A stretch of DNA of 64,000 nucleotides from Bryobacterales bacterium. GTDB taxonomy: Bacteria; Acidobacteriota; Terriglobia; Bryobacterales; UBA6623. A model generated the notes under the pieces. It did not search any database and was not told the DNA's origin. It worked only from the letters and a program-made list of their open reading frames with translations. Location: the NCBI GenBank assembly GCA_965226385.1, contig OZ245359.1, positions 905,116 to 969,115 on the forward strand, read 5' to 3'. The translations under genes were made by a program, and so were the position numbers. This document shows positions 8,127-18,312 of this stretch, in pieces (position 1 is the first letter of the stretch; the number at the start of each line of letters is the position of its first letter).

Positions 8127-10663
8127 CTCGCCGAATCTATATCCTGTCGTTTTTCTTGTTGCTGTTTGTTTGGGGCATGGTCGCGCAGCGAGATCGTGTC
8201 GAGGCGGTCGAGGTTGGGAAGCACGACACCGAACTGCTGCCGAAAGGCAAAGAGGCCGATGGGATCGTGGGCGACTTCATTCTGCGCAACAACAGAGTCC
8301 ACGCCCTGATCTCTGGCGCGCAGCCTACGCGGCGCGCGAACATGCGCACCGAGAACAATTTTGTCACCCAGGGCTGCGTCTATGATCTCGACCTGCGCGG
8401 CGAGGACAATGACCAGATCACGGCGTTTCGGCCGGGCAACTTCGGTGGCGAGGTTTCGTGGGTCAAGGTCGCGAAAGACGGCTCAGACGGCGTGGGAGTT
8501 GTGGAAGTAGTGCGCACGGCGGAAAAGGGCGACGGCCTTTACACGCGGCACGAGTATCGATTGGAGCACGACTGGCAATACCTCCTGGTCATCTCTACCT
8601 ATCGCAATGAATCGCGGGCAGCCAAGAAAATGACCCCGCCCGCGGTGTGGAGAGGCTTCGAGGACTCACGGGAGTGGCAGGTCGGAAAGATTCACATGGC
8701 CGACAGTACCGATCCGTTTGACAGGAGAGGATACGCCTGGGGCAGCGCGCCGGATGGCGCGCCGATGGAGCCCGAGGTGATGCTGCAGCCGGGTGAGGAA
8801 AAGATCTATCGCACGGCGCTGGCCGTGGCCGATTCACCGCTGGCCGCCTACGGGCTGGTGGCGGGCTTGTCGGCCGAAACCGGGGAAGTTTCCGGCTCGG
8901 CTCTCGACCCCGCGGGAGCGCCCGCGATTCACGCCAGCCTGATTGTCCCAGTGGGCGGCCAGCCACTGCCTCACTATCCCGACGCCAAAGGGCGTTTCTC
9001 GTTCCGGCTGCCGGCTGGTTCCTACCAATTGACGTTTGACGACATCGGGCGTGACAAGATCGAGCGCTCTTTCGCTGTGAAGGCAAAATCGAAGATTGCG
9101 CTTGACCTGGCTGTCTCGACGGCCTCGGTGGTGCGGGGCGAGATTCGCGACGACAGCGGCAACTATTCCCCGGGCAAAGTGCAGTTTATCGGCGTCGACG
9201 GCACCGAAACGCCGGACTTCGGAACGGGCTACCGGGTCCACGGAGGTAGTCATCAATATCAAACCCACGACGGAAGATTCGCGCAACAGACGCCGCCGGG
9301 GCGCTATCTGCTGCGCATCACCAGGGGACCGGAGCACGACCTTTTTGAGCAGCGCATCGAAGTCGCCAAAGGACAGACGGTCGATGTCAAAGCGACGCTG
9401 AAGAGAACGGTAGATACGCGGGGCTGGGTTAGCACGGACTTCCACTCTCATTCCACGCCGAGCGGCGACAACTACTGCGCGACGGACGACCGCATTATCA
9501 ACATCGCCGCCGAACACATTGAATTCGCGCCGGCCACCGAACACAACCGCATCTACGACTGGCAGCCGCACATCGAGCGTCTAGGATTGACAAGGCATAT
9601 CAAAACCATCATTGGCATGGAGCTCACCGGCAGCGGCATCCATATGAATGCCTTTCCGCTCAAAAGGGACCCCTTCGCGCAGGATGGCGGTGCGCCGGTG
9701 TATAACTACGATCCCCGCATCAATGCAATCGTATTGCGAAACTGGGGCACTCCGAGCAGCTTTCCGGGCGGATCGCGTCACGACACCTATCAGAACGCCC
9801 GCGTCCGGGCGCCTCATTTCGGCGGAGGGTCGGACCGCTGGGTGCAGGCCAACCATCCGTCGGTAGGATATTTCTTTTTTGATCGCGACCGCGATGGCGT
9901 TGAGGATGGCGGCTTTGTAGGCTTCGAGGAAATGATCGACGCGGCCGAGGTGTGGAGCGCGGACATTCTTCTCGGCAGCCCTGCGATCGAACGATCTTTC
10001 GGCGGGCGGACCCGGAAGACGCCGAACCGGACTTTCGGCTGGCTGCAACTGCTGAACCAGGGTCGGCACGTCTGGTGTGTAGCCGTGAGCGACGCGCACC
10101 GTATTTTCCCCCGCGGCGTGGGCGGCTGGCGCACTTATGTCCCCAGCTCGACCGACGAGCCCTCCGAGATTGATTCTTCCGAGATTATTCGTAGCGCAAA
10201 AGCAGGGCGGATGATGATCACCAATGGCCCGTTTCTGGTCGTGACGACAGGTGACGGCTTGCCGATCGGCTCACACGTGATGGCGGAAGGAAGTCTGGAT
10301 CTGAAGATTCGCGTGCAGGCGCCTAATTGGATGGATATTGATCGGGTACAGGTGATGGTAAGCGGGCGGCAGCCCGAACAGTATAACTTCACCAAGGCAA
10401 AACACCCGGAGATGTTCAAAAGCGGAGTTATTCGCTTTGATCAAACGGTGAGCGTGAAAGTGCAGCGCGATGAGCACCTCATCGTGGTGGCCACTGGCGA
10501 AAATTCAGACATCAGCAAAGCCTGGGGACTGAGCCCAGTAGGGCAGATGCATCCGGTGGCGTTCACCAATCCGATTTACGTCGATGTTGATCGCAGCGGT
10601 TTCCAGGCCAATGGGGATACGCTCGGCTACCCGTTGATGACCGCTGCGGCTAGGGGCGACTAG
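8123..10663 (+). CDS. CehA/McbA-like PHP-domain metallohydrolase with N-terminal beta-sandwich domains
   Basis: ATG overlaps the upstream stop (ATGA). N-terminal hydrophobic anchor. PHP-type metal motif STDFHSHSTPSGD...EHIEFAPATEHN. Later histidines AVSDAH. Confidence 0.7.
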   Translation: MTRRIYILSFFLLLFVWGMVAQRDRVEAVEVGKHDTELLPKGKEADGIVGDFILRNNRVHALISGAQPTRRANMRTENNFVTQGCVYDLDLRGEDNDQITAFRPGNFGGEVSWVKVAKDGSDGVGVVEVVRTAEKGDGLYTRHEYRLEHDWQYLLVISTYRNESRAAKKMTPPAVWRGFEDSREWQVGKIHMADSTDPFDRRGYAWGSAPDGAPMEPEVMLQPGEEKIYRTALAVADSPLAAYGLVAGLSAETGEVSGSALDPAGAPAIHASLIVPVGGQPLPHYPDAKGRFSFRLPAGSYQLTFDDIGRDKIERSFAVKAKSKIALDLAVSTASVVRGEIRDDSGNYSPGKVQFIGVDGTETPDFGTGYRVHGGSHQYQTHDGRFAQQTPPGRYLLRITRGPEHDLFEQRIEVAKGQTVDVKATLKRTVDTRGWVSTDFHSHSTPSGDNYCATDDRIINIAAEHIEFAPATEHNRIYDWQPHIERLGLTRHIKTIIGMELTGSGIHMNAFPLKRDPFAQDGGAPVYNYDPRINAIVLRNWGTPSSFPGGSRHDTYQNARVRAPHFGGGSDRWVQANHPSVGYFFFDRDRDGVEDGGFVGFEEMIDAAEVWSADILLGSPAIERSFGGRTRKTPNRTFGWLQLLNQGRHVWCVAVSDAHRIFPRGVGGWRTYVPSSTDEPSEIDSSEIIRSAKAGRMMITNGPFLVVTTGDGLPIGSHVMAEGSLDLKIRVQAPNWMDIDRVQVMVSGRQPEQYNFTKAKHPEMFKSGVIRFDQTVSVKVQRDEHLIVVATGENSDISKAWGLSPVGQMHPVAFTNPIYVDVDRSGFQANGDTLGYPLMTAAARGD

Positions 10664-10941
10664 AACGGGCTGTGGCAACCCACTCTTGTCCAGATTAGCT
10701 TCCGCGTGGGTGGTTGAGCCTCTGGTAGGTTGGGTAGTTTCCAGAAAGCAATCCCGACCGAACCAAGGAGGTTGGCCGCCTTGATTTTGTGCCGCTGAGT
10801 CCCTGGTAATAGGCCAGGCGAGAGCTGGTGTTCAGTGGATCGATTCGTGAGTGTTCCGAAGTCGCATTTCGCCACTTTCGTATATAATTCCCAATAATTT
10901 GGTAAAATCCGCCGAAATTATGTGAAATACAACACCGGGAC

Positions 10942-11170
10942 TTGCTTTCAGCGAGCCTGGACACCCGCTTGACCTTGACATCGCTACTCTTCGCAGCAAT
11001 CATGAAGTGCACTCGACCTCCGGGACCACTCGACTGCCATAGCTGCCACAGCCCAAATAGTCCGAAACTTCGTAGATACTCCAACGTGTATCCTGAGTTG
11101 TCGCAAATGCTGAAGGATGCTAACGTCGTGCTGGCCTACAACTCCGACTATGATCAGCGGATACTTAACC
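10942..11170 (+). pseudogene. 5' piece of a DEDDh-type 3'-5' exonuclease gene, decayed and interrupted by an IS relic
   Basis: ...VYPELSQMLKDANVVLAYNSDYDQRILN resembles the ExoII block (vlVaHNa.FD..fL). The upstream part shows no clean frame. Confidence 0.35.
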
Positions 11171-12741
11171 TTGGTTCGTCAAAAGCATCTTAACAGGATT
11201 AGAACCCTGTCGATGTCAGGTTGATTTCAGACGCTAATCGCCGTTTTTCCGTGTTTCAGGGGCATCTATTTGCCGTTTGTTTGCCTGATTACTGTCTGAG
11301 TCCCATTTGTAGTGCCAAGATATTCCAATATAGGCATTTTCTTCTTACATTTCCCCCTGCACGCCTGTAAGGCTGCTATTACAGGCCACCCAACCAGCAG
11401 TTATGTACATCAGAACTACCAAAACTCATACCACCGGCGACAAGCCAGGTTACAGCCACCGCCTGGTACATTCCGAGCGTAGCGGTGACAAGGTTCAGCA
11501 GAAAACCCTATTAAATCTCGGAACCGATTAGCGGGTACCAAAGGAAAACTGGAAACAGGTCGCTGACCTTGCCGAGCAGCTCCTGGACGGCCAGAGGCCT
11601 CTGTTTTCTCCCGCAGCAGGCATTATGGCAGCCGCGGAGGATCTTGTCCGCAGACTGCATGCTCGTGGATTCCAACCCGGCAGACAGGCAGCTACAGCAC
11701 AGCACGACAGGAGCGCGACTGTTGATCTTGACACGCTGGACCAGGAGGACTCCCGTTCGGTAGGCTGCGAGCGGATTTGCTTGCAGGCCTTGGAAGAACT
11801 TGGCTTCCAGGAGCTGCTGCGGAGCTTGGGTGCAAGTGCTCGTGACAGCCGCCTTGCGGTGGCACTGGTGGTGGCGAAAATGATCAATCCTTCCAGCGAG
11901 CGTGAGGCACGGCTCTATGCAGTAAGCGCAGGCAAGAAGATCACTGCGAACGCCATTCTTAAGAAAAACCGTCAGCAATTCGAGGCTGCCCTGCAACACC
12001 TCCACGACGGCCTTTCCAAGCCAGGGTTCCTGAAAAACCATGACCGGGTCCAGCAGAGTATTGGGCGCATCATGCAGCGCTACCCGAAAGTATCGCGGCA
12101 GTATGACGTCCGGGTCACCAAGGACACTACCACCAAGGGCAGCGCTACCAGGGGGGTCGGGACCAAGCCTCCACAGTCACCTTTTCCCGCAAGCAGCAAT
12201 ACGATGATGCCGCTGCCGGGGTCGGCTCCTATGTGCTACGCACCAGCCATAGCGACTGGAATCTGGAGCGGATCCTGCGAGCCTATTGGAGGCTCACTGA
12301 AATTGAGGCAATGTTCCGGTCCTTGAAATCTGAATTGGGGCTGCGCCCGAGCTGGCATAGCAAGGACAGTCGTATCTCAAGCCACCTTTTCATCACCGTT
12401 CTGGCATACCATGGGGGCATCTGATCCGGACCCGCCTCAAAGCCCAAGGCATCAACCTGAGCTGGCAATCGATCCGCACTCGGATGCGTTCCTGGGTACG
12501 CATCACCACTACCGTTCGTCAGGTGAATGGTGCTCTGCTTGTCAACCGCCAGGATGTCCGTCCGCTAGCGAAAGTTACAATGATCTCCCGGGCTGCCGGT
12601 GTAGAACCGCGTATTCATCGCCGCAAAAGCCTTGTAGTCAAGTAACAGAATCTGTAAAAAGTGGTGCCAATTGGTCAGATCTGTATCCTGGAACCGACAT
12701 GTTTTCAATCAGTTACAAGAATAGATTACTTCAATATGACG
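11171..12741 (+). mobile_element. IS1634-like insertion sequence relic (approximate ends)
   Basis: It separates the two exonuclease pieces. The termini share GTTCGTCA in inverted orientation. It contains a degraded IS1634-type transposase gene. Confidence 0.5.
11403..12645 (+). pseudogene. IS1634-family transposase, multiple frameshifts and an internal deletion
   Basis: N-terminus MYIRTTKTHTTGDKPGYSHRLVHSERSGDKVQQKTLLNLG then a stop. Middle LDQEDSRSVGCERICLQALEELGFQELL. C-terminus ...YWRLTEIEAMFRSLKSELGLRPSWHSKDSRISSHLFITVLAYH then HLIRTRLKAQGINLSWQSIR in another frame. Total length is well short of a full gene. Confidence 0.6.
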
Positions 12742-12751
12742 AACTAGGGTT

Positions 12752-12973
12752 GAGCAGTCGGCTGTACGTCACGGATTGGAGATGCCTCAAGTCAACTGGC
12801 AGTGCGTCATGAAGCACTACGCACAGTTGCGACGATTGGCTCAATGGGTGAAACTGGACGGGGCAGCTCGGACCGAGGGCGTGCGGTCAACCAAACCAGC
12901 GCATCGAGCACTGAGCGATTGCAGGACCACGCTGAAGTTGTTGCAGAGGGTATGGCACTTAAGCACAAGCTAG
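12752..12973 (+). pseudogene. 3' piece of the DEDDh exonuclease gene
   Basis: HGLEMPQVNWQCVMKHYAQL...KPAHRALSDCRTTLKLLQRV carries the ExoIII H-x4-D block. Confidence 0.45.
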
Positions 12974-13458
12974 AGAAATGGGACGGCTCGCTGGTGTTCC
13001 CATCAGCGTACGTTAATCGGTCGGATTGACGGGATACAATCGCGTATCAATGGCAGGCATCAGGCACAAAGCTATGTGGTAGTTCGCTGCCACCCCGCTT
13101 CCACCATACTGGTCTGAATTATTTACGAACGCTCAGACAGTAGTGGATTCCAGCATGATCTCGGCGACTTGACCGGGGTTACGAGATTTTCTGGGCTGTT
13201 TCCAGGGTTGCGGCAGGTTCACAACTGATCCGGTCCAGACAGAACTTCACTCGCTGACAACGCACATTTCTCCTGATTGCGCAAGGGCCAAGCGGTATTG
13301 CAACTCGTCAGCTGTTGGGAACGTTGTCACAGATTGCACCCCCCGTAGATCGAAGACTTTCTGTTGCACTGAGGTCGGCACCGTACAACACGGAAGCAAC
13401 TGGTCGTCGTATAGGCCAGCGTCACTTCAATGAGCACGACGGTAGCTAGGTCGGGAAC

Positions 13459-14541
13459 CTATGACCTACTCGAAACCAAATCCGATACCGGCCGGATCAC
13501 AAGCTTGTTCGCCACTGTAGCTGGCAGTGTTGTCAGCAGCACGAAGCGGACATCGGTTGCCGGATCAGCCCAGGCGAGAGTACCCGTGGCACCGCCGTGC
13601 CAGAACGTCCCCTCGGAGCACCCCGCTCCGGCACTGCCGCCAAGTGCGAAGCCGAGGCCTCGCGTTACCCCAAGCTGCGTGGTATGGCTCCGGACCATGA
13701 GCGCAGCGGTCTCCGAACGCAGGACCTGGGCGTCGTCCGGGACGAGGAACTCAAAGAAGAACTTGGACACATCAGACGCGCTGGCGTGCACCCCGCCCCA
13801 AGGAGAAGCTAAGCCACGCCAGTACGGGCTGTTCCAGTCCCAATGTGCAGCCTCGGGCTTGCCCTGCCCTCCGTGAGGCGGCCCTTGCTCCACTTGGCTG
13901 CGCTGTGTGTCTGCGAGATCAAATCTTCCCAAACCCAAGGCCGTACGATCCATTCCGAGTGCCCGGAATAAATTGCGATCCATGAAGTCGGGGAATGGCG
14001 TTCCCGTGATCCGCTCGCAAATCTCGGCCAGCAAAAGGATGCCCATACTCTGATAGGAGTACCGCTTGCCTGGCTCGAATAGTAGATCTGTCCGAATAGC
14101 GCGCTCGACGAACTCGCTCAACGGTGCGTTGCGCCGTCGCAACTCAACATTCTCTGGGAGCTGATCCGGCAGGCCCGAGGTATGTGTTAGCAGGTGTTTC
14201 ACGGTGATGCGGGATCTGGCTCCTTGGCGAAACTCGGGAATAAAGCGACGCACAGGATCCACCAGCTTCAATTCGCCTCGGTCGGCCAGCAGCATCGCGC
14301 CAGCCGCCGTCATGGGTTTGCTGATTGAGGCAAGTAGGAATATCGAGTCAGCGGACCAGGCACTGCCGTAGGACTGGCTGAAAACCTGTGCCCCTCGACG
14401 TACATCAAGCACCGCGCCGAGAACAGCCCCGCTATCAACATGTCGCTTGATCAGGTTGCTGGCGGCATCCACGTTGCCACGTGCTACTGCAGTTGATGCA
14501 GCTAGAACCAATGTTCTGGAGAAAAAGGTCCGCCGTTTCAC
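13459..14541 (-). CDS. Serine hydrolase of the beta-lactamase/transpeptidase-like family, exported
   Basis: S-x-x-K (ASISKPMT). YSYQS and HGGATG blocks. N-terminus MKRRTFFSRTLVLAAS is Tat-like. The GTG start overlaps the stop of the upstream relic (GTGA). The gene is markedly GC-richer than its neighbours. Confidence 0.8.
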   Translation of the reverse strand: MKRRTFFSRTLVLAASTAVARGNVDAASNLIKRHVDSGAVLGAVLDVRRGAQVFSQSYGSAWSADSIFLLASISKPMTAAGAMLLADRGELKLVDPVRRFIPEFRQGARSRITVKHLLTHTSGLPDQLPENVELRRRNAPLSEFVERAIRTDLLFEPGKRYSYQSMGILLLAEICERITGTPFPDFMDRNLFRALGMDRTALGLGRFDLADTQRSQVEQGPPHGGQGKPEAAHWDWNSPYWRGLASPWGGVHASASDVSKFFFEFLVPDDAQVLRSETAALMVRSHTTQLGVTRGLGFALGGSAGAGCSEGTFWHGGATGTLAWADPATDVRFVLLTTLPATVANKLVIRPVSDLVSSRS

Positions 14542-15110
14542 GAAACAACAATCCTATCACCCCGCACATAACGGGTGTTGCCGATGTAGATGTATCTCTC
14601 ATCCCTTAAGTTATGAACCATGTTGCAACTCTCCCATGCGGCCATGCAAAGTGTACACATACAGTTACAGCAGAGCTTCGAGCTTCCCGGCGAAGGCATG
14701 GCCTTGGAAATGTGCGGTGGATTGATGCCAGCCAAGCTGAGTACTGTCGGCACTAAGTCGACAAAATCGACAAGTTGCTTGCTCTCTCTGGCCTCCGCGT
14801 ATTCAGACGGATGGAATCGCCGGAACCTCTCCAGCACATACAGGATCATCGGAACATTGATCCCGGGGTTGTAAGCCCAACACTTGCCTTGCAGCATGCC
14901 TGGACCGGTGTCGGCCCAATAGGACACGATCGTGTCCTCCTCCAAGCCGTCCTCCCGCGACTAGGCCAGCACATTGCCGACCAATGCATCCATTTCGGTA
15001 ATCTTGTTGTGAGACTGCGCCCAGTCCTGCCTGCTCTCCTTGGTGCCGGGATGGTACCCGGAATCTTCACGCTCGCAGGGTAGTAGACGACCTTGTACTG
15101 CCACACCCGA
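14538..15110 (-). pseudogene. Sulfatase relic: N-terminal catalytic part missing, in-frame TAG and several frameshifts
   Basis: ...[35 protein letters not shown]...VDFVDLVPTVLSLAGINPP. Then HFQGHAFAG in a second frame and RDERYIYIGN in a third. No CxPxR segment upstream. Confidence 0.6.
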
Positions 15111-15652
15111 ATCCGGAGCTCAACTTACGAACTTCAGACAGTCATCAGCGAGCATCATAGTGAATAAACACACTGAACCCTGAAATAACGACGATTGCCG
15201 TCCGAAACCAACCTACCCTCGACTGGATTTTCACCCTGTTATCAAGATTTTGTCGAACCAAGGTGAAGAGGTGTACTTGATAAGGTAGCCAGCCTTATGA
15301 CCAACTGGTCAGGTAACGGGTGCCGGGATCTGTCCACAAAAGGTCACTTTTGTGTTTAAGTCCCTGATAAAGTCTTCAAAACGATAATCAAGGGCTGAAC
15401 TCCCTTGATTTTTATAAAGCCTGAGCCTGGGAAAGGACTGAACCAGCATATTCTAATCCCTCAAGAAGCTTCAGGAATACAGGATTTGATGATTATCAGG
15501 GAATCAGCTTCTACACTGAAGTCGTGATCAGCCCGGTGATGGAAGGGAAGCTGCTCACTTCCCTTCAACGGTCAACTGTCAGTGATTAAAATCATGGAGC
15601 AGACTGCGCTGTGATACAGCTACGGTTACCCACAGGATTATTCCAGAGAAGA

Positions 15653-16090
15653 CTACTCAACCCTGTTGGCCTTGAAAGTGACTGGGCGGCCCATGCCACG
15701 ACCTCGACCACCGCCACCTTGAGCGCGACCGCCTTGGCCACCTTGGCCTCCGCCAGGACGATCCATTGAGCGAGTCAACTCCATTTCATCGCCCATGAGC
15801 TTCCCTTCAAACTTGAAACGCATCTGCCTTTGGCCACGCTGTAAGAGCTGTATGAAGGAAACTTCATCTCCGTTGATTTTGCCTTCCTGGATTTCGGCCT
15901 CACCCATCATGTCACTGGCAATAGTACCGGTCAGTGACTCTCCTTCCGCTTTCAGGTCGAAGGTCACCACCATCTTTCCGTTAGGATTTTCAAGTGTTGC
16001 TTCCCATTTCCCGTCAACTCCTGCCGCCCTCAACCTATTTACAGATACTGCAGCAGCAGCAGAACACAATGTAAAAACTCTACGATTCAT
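15653..16090 (-). CDS. Small secreted hypothetical protein with a Gly/Gln/Arg-rich tail
   Basis: Signal peptide MNRRVFTLCSAAAAVSVNRLRAAG. Beta-rich body. GGGQGGQGGRAQGGGGRGRG tail. Confidence 0.6.
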   Translation of the reverse strand: MNRRVFTLCSAAAAVSVNRLRAAGVDGKWEATLENPNGKMVVTFDLKAEGESLTGTIASDMMGEAEIQEGKINGDEVSFIQLLQRGQRQMRFKFEGKLMGDEMELTRSMDRPGGGQGGQGGRAQGGGGRGRGMGRPVTFKANRVE

Positions 16091-16291
16091 TTATTTCAAG
16101 CTCTCCCCAGTAGCTACATGAATAAGCGTAAATCGTTTGGCAAGGTTATGCAGTTACATTTTTTTGAGTTACTGGTCTGCCAGGCAACCAGTAACCGAAT
16201 GTCACTGATGACCAGTGTTGCTGCAAGAAATAGCGAGCAGGTCAGAAACCTCCAACCAGGCTTGCCAAAACAGAACGATTGCAGACCCTGC

Positions 16292-18310
16292 CTACAACCC
16301 GGTTGTCAACCCAAGGCCGAATTTTCCATTGAGCGCTTTTGCCAAGCTCATGGAAACCTTGAACCTTGACCCGACTCCCAACTTCTCGTATATTTCCCGG
16401 GTTCTTTCATACTCTGTCGGCATTTGCCCATAGAATGTCAGTCGACGAGGAGCCAGCAATGCTGCAACATCTGGCAAATCGACATGTCGCATTGCTCCAA
16501 GCAGGATCGGCCCTTCAAAATGAGATCTGGGAGCCTGAACCATAATCACTTGCTCGACTGTCTCGTCCAGAAGTGCTGCATAAAGCGTCCAGCTAGAGGC
16601 CTGCCCGATGCCACTCAGAACAACTTGATGCTCACTACCAGCATGCTCTTTCAGCACCTGGATTCCAGCCAGTATGCTACCGATTCGGATCGTATCTACA
16701 GTGCTGCCGGTCTGCATTGCATTGCGAAGTAGTGTTTTCCAACTGGACTTTGACCAGCCTTCATTCGCGGTTCCAGGTGGATAGAGGACCAGGACTGGGT
16801 TGCGTCCAAACCGCGAGAGATTTCGCAGCATACTCGTTACAGCGCGTGGGTCTTCATCTGGTGAAGCTACGTGCAGGAGTGCTGGACCATCTGCGTCTTC
16901 AGGCACTTGCAGAAGTGCTTCGACAGCAACCTGCCCATCGTAATCAAGTTGAAGTGCCAAATAACCATCTGGAGCATCAAGGGTTCCAGGTCTCGTCTCA
17001 GGGACCGGGCTATTCGCAGGGATTGCATGAAGTACACTCTCACGGATCGTCGTGAGCAGCTCTTCCCTACGGCTATACCAAGCTTCCTTGCCCTGCCAAA
17101 CGACCGGTTCAGGGTCTGGAATAAAGAACTCGTGCACCTTGTAATTCAAGGCATCTTCGGGGGGCTCACCGCCAAACACAGCAAGTTCCGATGCCTCCAC
17201 TTCCTCGTATTGTGTGTCGATGTCACGGGGTTCGATTTGCATCAACCAACGGTCTAGCCACTGAACTGCTTCGGTGCGTAGAAAATCAGAGTCTTCATGC
17301 CCACTCTCGACGACCAGGTTGCTAAACCTGTCCTCTGCTTCATACAACCCGTACAAGCTCGCAATCACTTCTTCAAACTCTTCATAACCTGCGACAGGAA
17401 ATAGTGCATCCTGTCTGCCGTGCGCCGTCAGCAGCGGCCGCGGAGAGATCAATGCTCCCAGATGGAGCATGTCCTGCATTCTGAAGTTCACAGGGAACAT
17501 GCAGTCGCAGTGCCTTTTCTGGGTGTCATCAGCCACATGAGCTGCAGTAGTACTTATCCCCATGATCGGAACCACAGCCTTGATCCTTGGCTCAACTGCA
17601 GCAGCAAACCAACTCATAGCAGCTCCACCTGACCGTCCCGTGATGGCGAAGCGTTCGGCGTCCACTTCTTCTCGACTCTCAAGGTAGTCCAATGCTCGAA
17701 TCACATTCCAGACCTCCACTCCTGCAGGGCTGTAAGCTCGCGTGTACCACTCGTACATCTCCTGAATAGAACTACCATGATGTAACCCAACTGTTTCAGC
17801 AATCTGGATAGGATCAATTACCAGAGTTGCGTAGCCATGTTTGGCAAGCGTGTGACCATGCCTTTGATAGGAAGCCTTTGCACCATGCGGGGAATAACCA
17901 TGACCGCAAACGTAAATGACAGCTGGTACAGGCCCTTCACGTTCTGTAGGCATATAGAGGTTGGCGGTAACGTAAACATGTGGCATGCTCTGAAATGCGA
18001 TTTTTTCAATGACATACCCCGGGCGCTCAATGCTGCCCCGTACCTCGACATGCAATGGGGTCCTCGGCTTCTCCAGATCAAGACCAAGCATGTCCCGCAA
18101 TTCGGAGAGTCGGCGCTCACGCACGGATTCCCAGGCATCCTGTGATGAGATTTCTGCAATTGCCTGATCCGTGATATTCCTGGCTTTACTGGCCAGGTAT
18201 GACATCATCTGCTCGTGAGAAGTGACAGGTTCTGTTGATTGACAAGCAACCAGCACTACAACAGTGGTGGCGAGTAATACTTTGTTTATTTGAGTGGTTT
18301 CAATGTGCAT
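16292..18310 (-). CDS. Alpha/beta hydrolase (acetyl-xylan-esterase / dienelactone-hydrolase-like) with a C-terminal extension
   Basis: Signal/anchor at the N-terminus. Nucleophile elbow GRSGGA. Conserved H near ESGHED. Confidence 0.7.
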   Translation of the reverse strand: MHIETTQINKVLLATTVVVLVACQSTEPVTSHEQMMSYLASKARNITDQAIAEISSQDAWESVRERRLSELRDMLGLDLEKPRTPLHVEVRGSIERPGYVIEKIAFQSMPHVYVTANLYMPTEREGPVPAVIYVCGHGYSPHGAKASYQRHGHTLAKHGYATLVIDPIQIAETVGLHHGSSIQEMYEWYTRAYSPAGVEVWNVIRALDYLESREEVDAERFAITGRSGGAAMSWFAAAVEPRIKAVVPIMGISTTAAHVADDTQKRHCDCMFPVNFRMQDMLHLGALISPRPLLTAHGRQDALFPVAGYEEFEEVIASLYGLYEAEDRFSNLVVESGHEDSDFLRTEAVQWLDRWLMQIEPRDIDTQYEEVEASELAVFGGEPPEDALNYKVHEFFIPDPEPVVWQGKEAWYSRREELLTTIRESVLHAIPANSPVPETRPGTLDAPDGYLALQLDYDGQVAVEALLQVPEDADGPALLHVASPDEDPRAVTSMLRNLSRFGRNPVLVLYPPGTANEGWSKSSWKTLLRNAMQTGSTVDTIRIGSILAGIQVLKEHAGSEHQVVLSGIGQASSWTLYAALLDETVEQVIMVQAPRSHFEGPILLGAMRHVDLPDVAALLAPRRLTFYGQMPTEYERTREIYEKLGVGSRFKVSMSLAKALNGKFGLGLTTGL

Positions 18311-18312
18311 TG

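Noticed and set aside
15690-15775. Repetitive GGC/CCA-rich DNA that looked like a microsatellite.
   Set aside because: It encodes the Gly/Gln/Arg-rich C-terminal tail of the 145-aa secreted protein on the minus strand. This is low-complexity coding sequence, not a repeat element.
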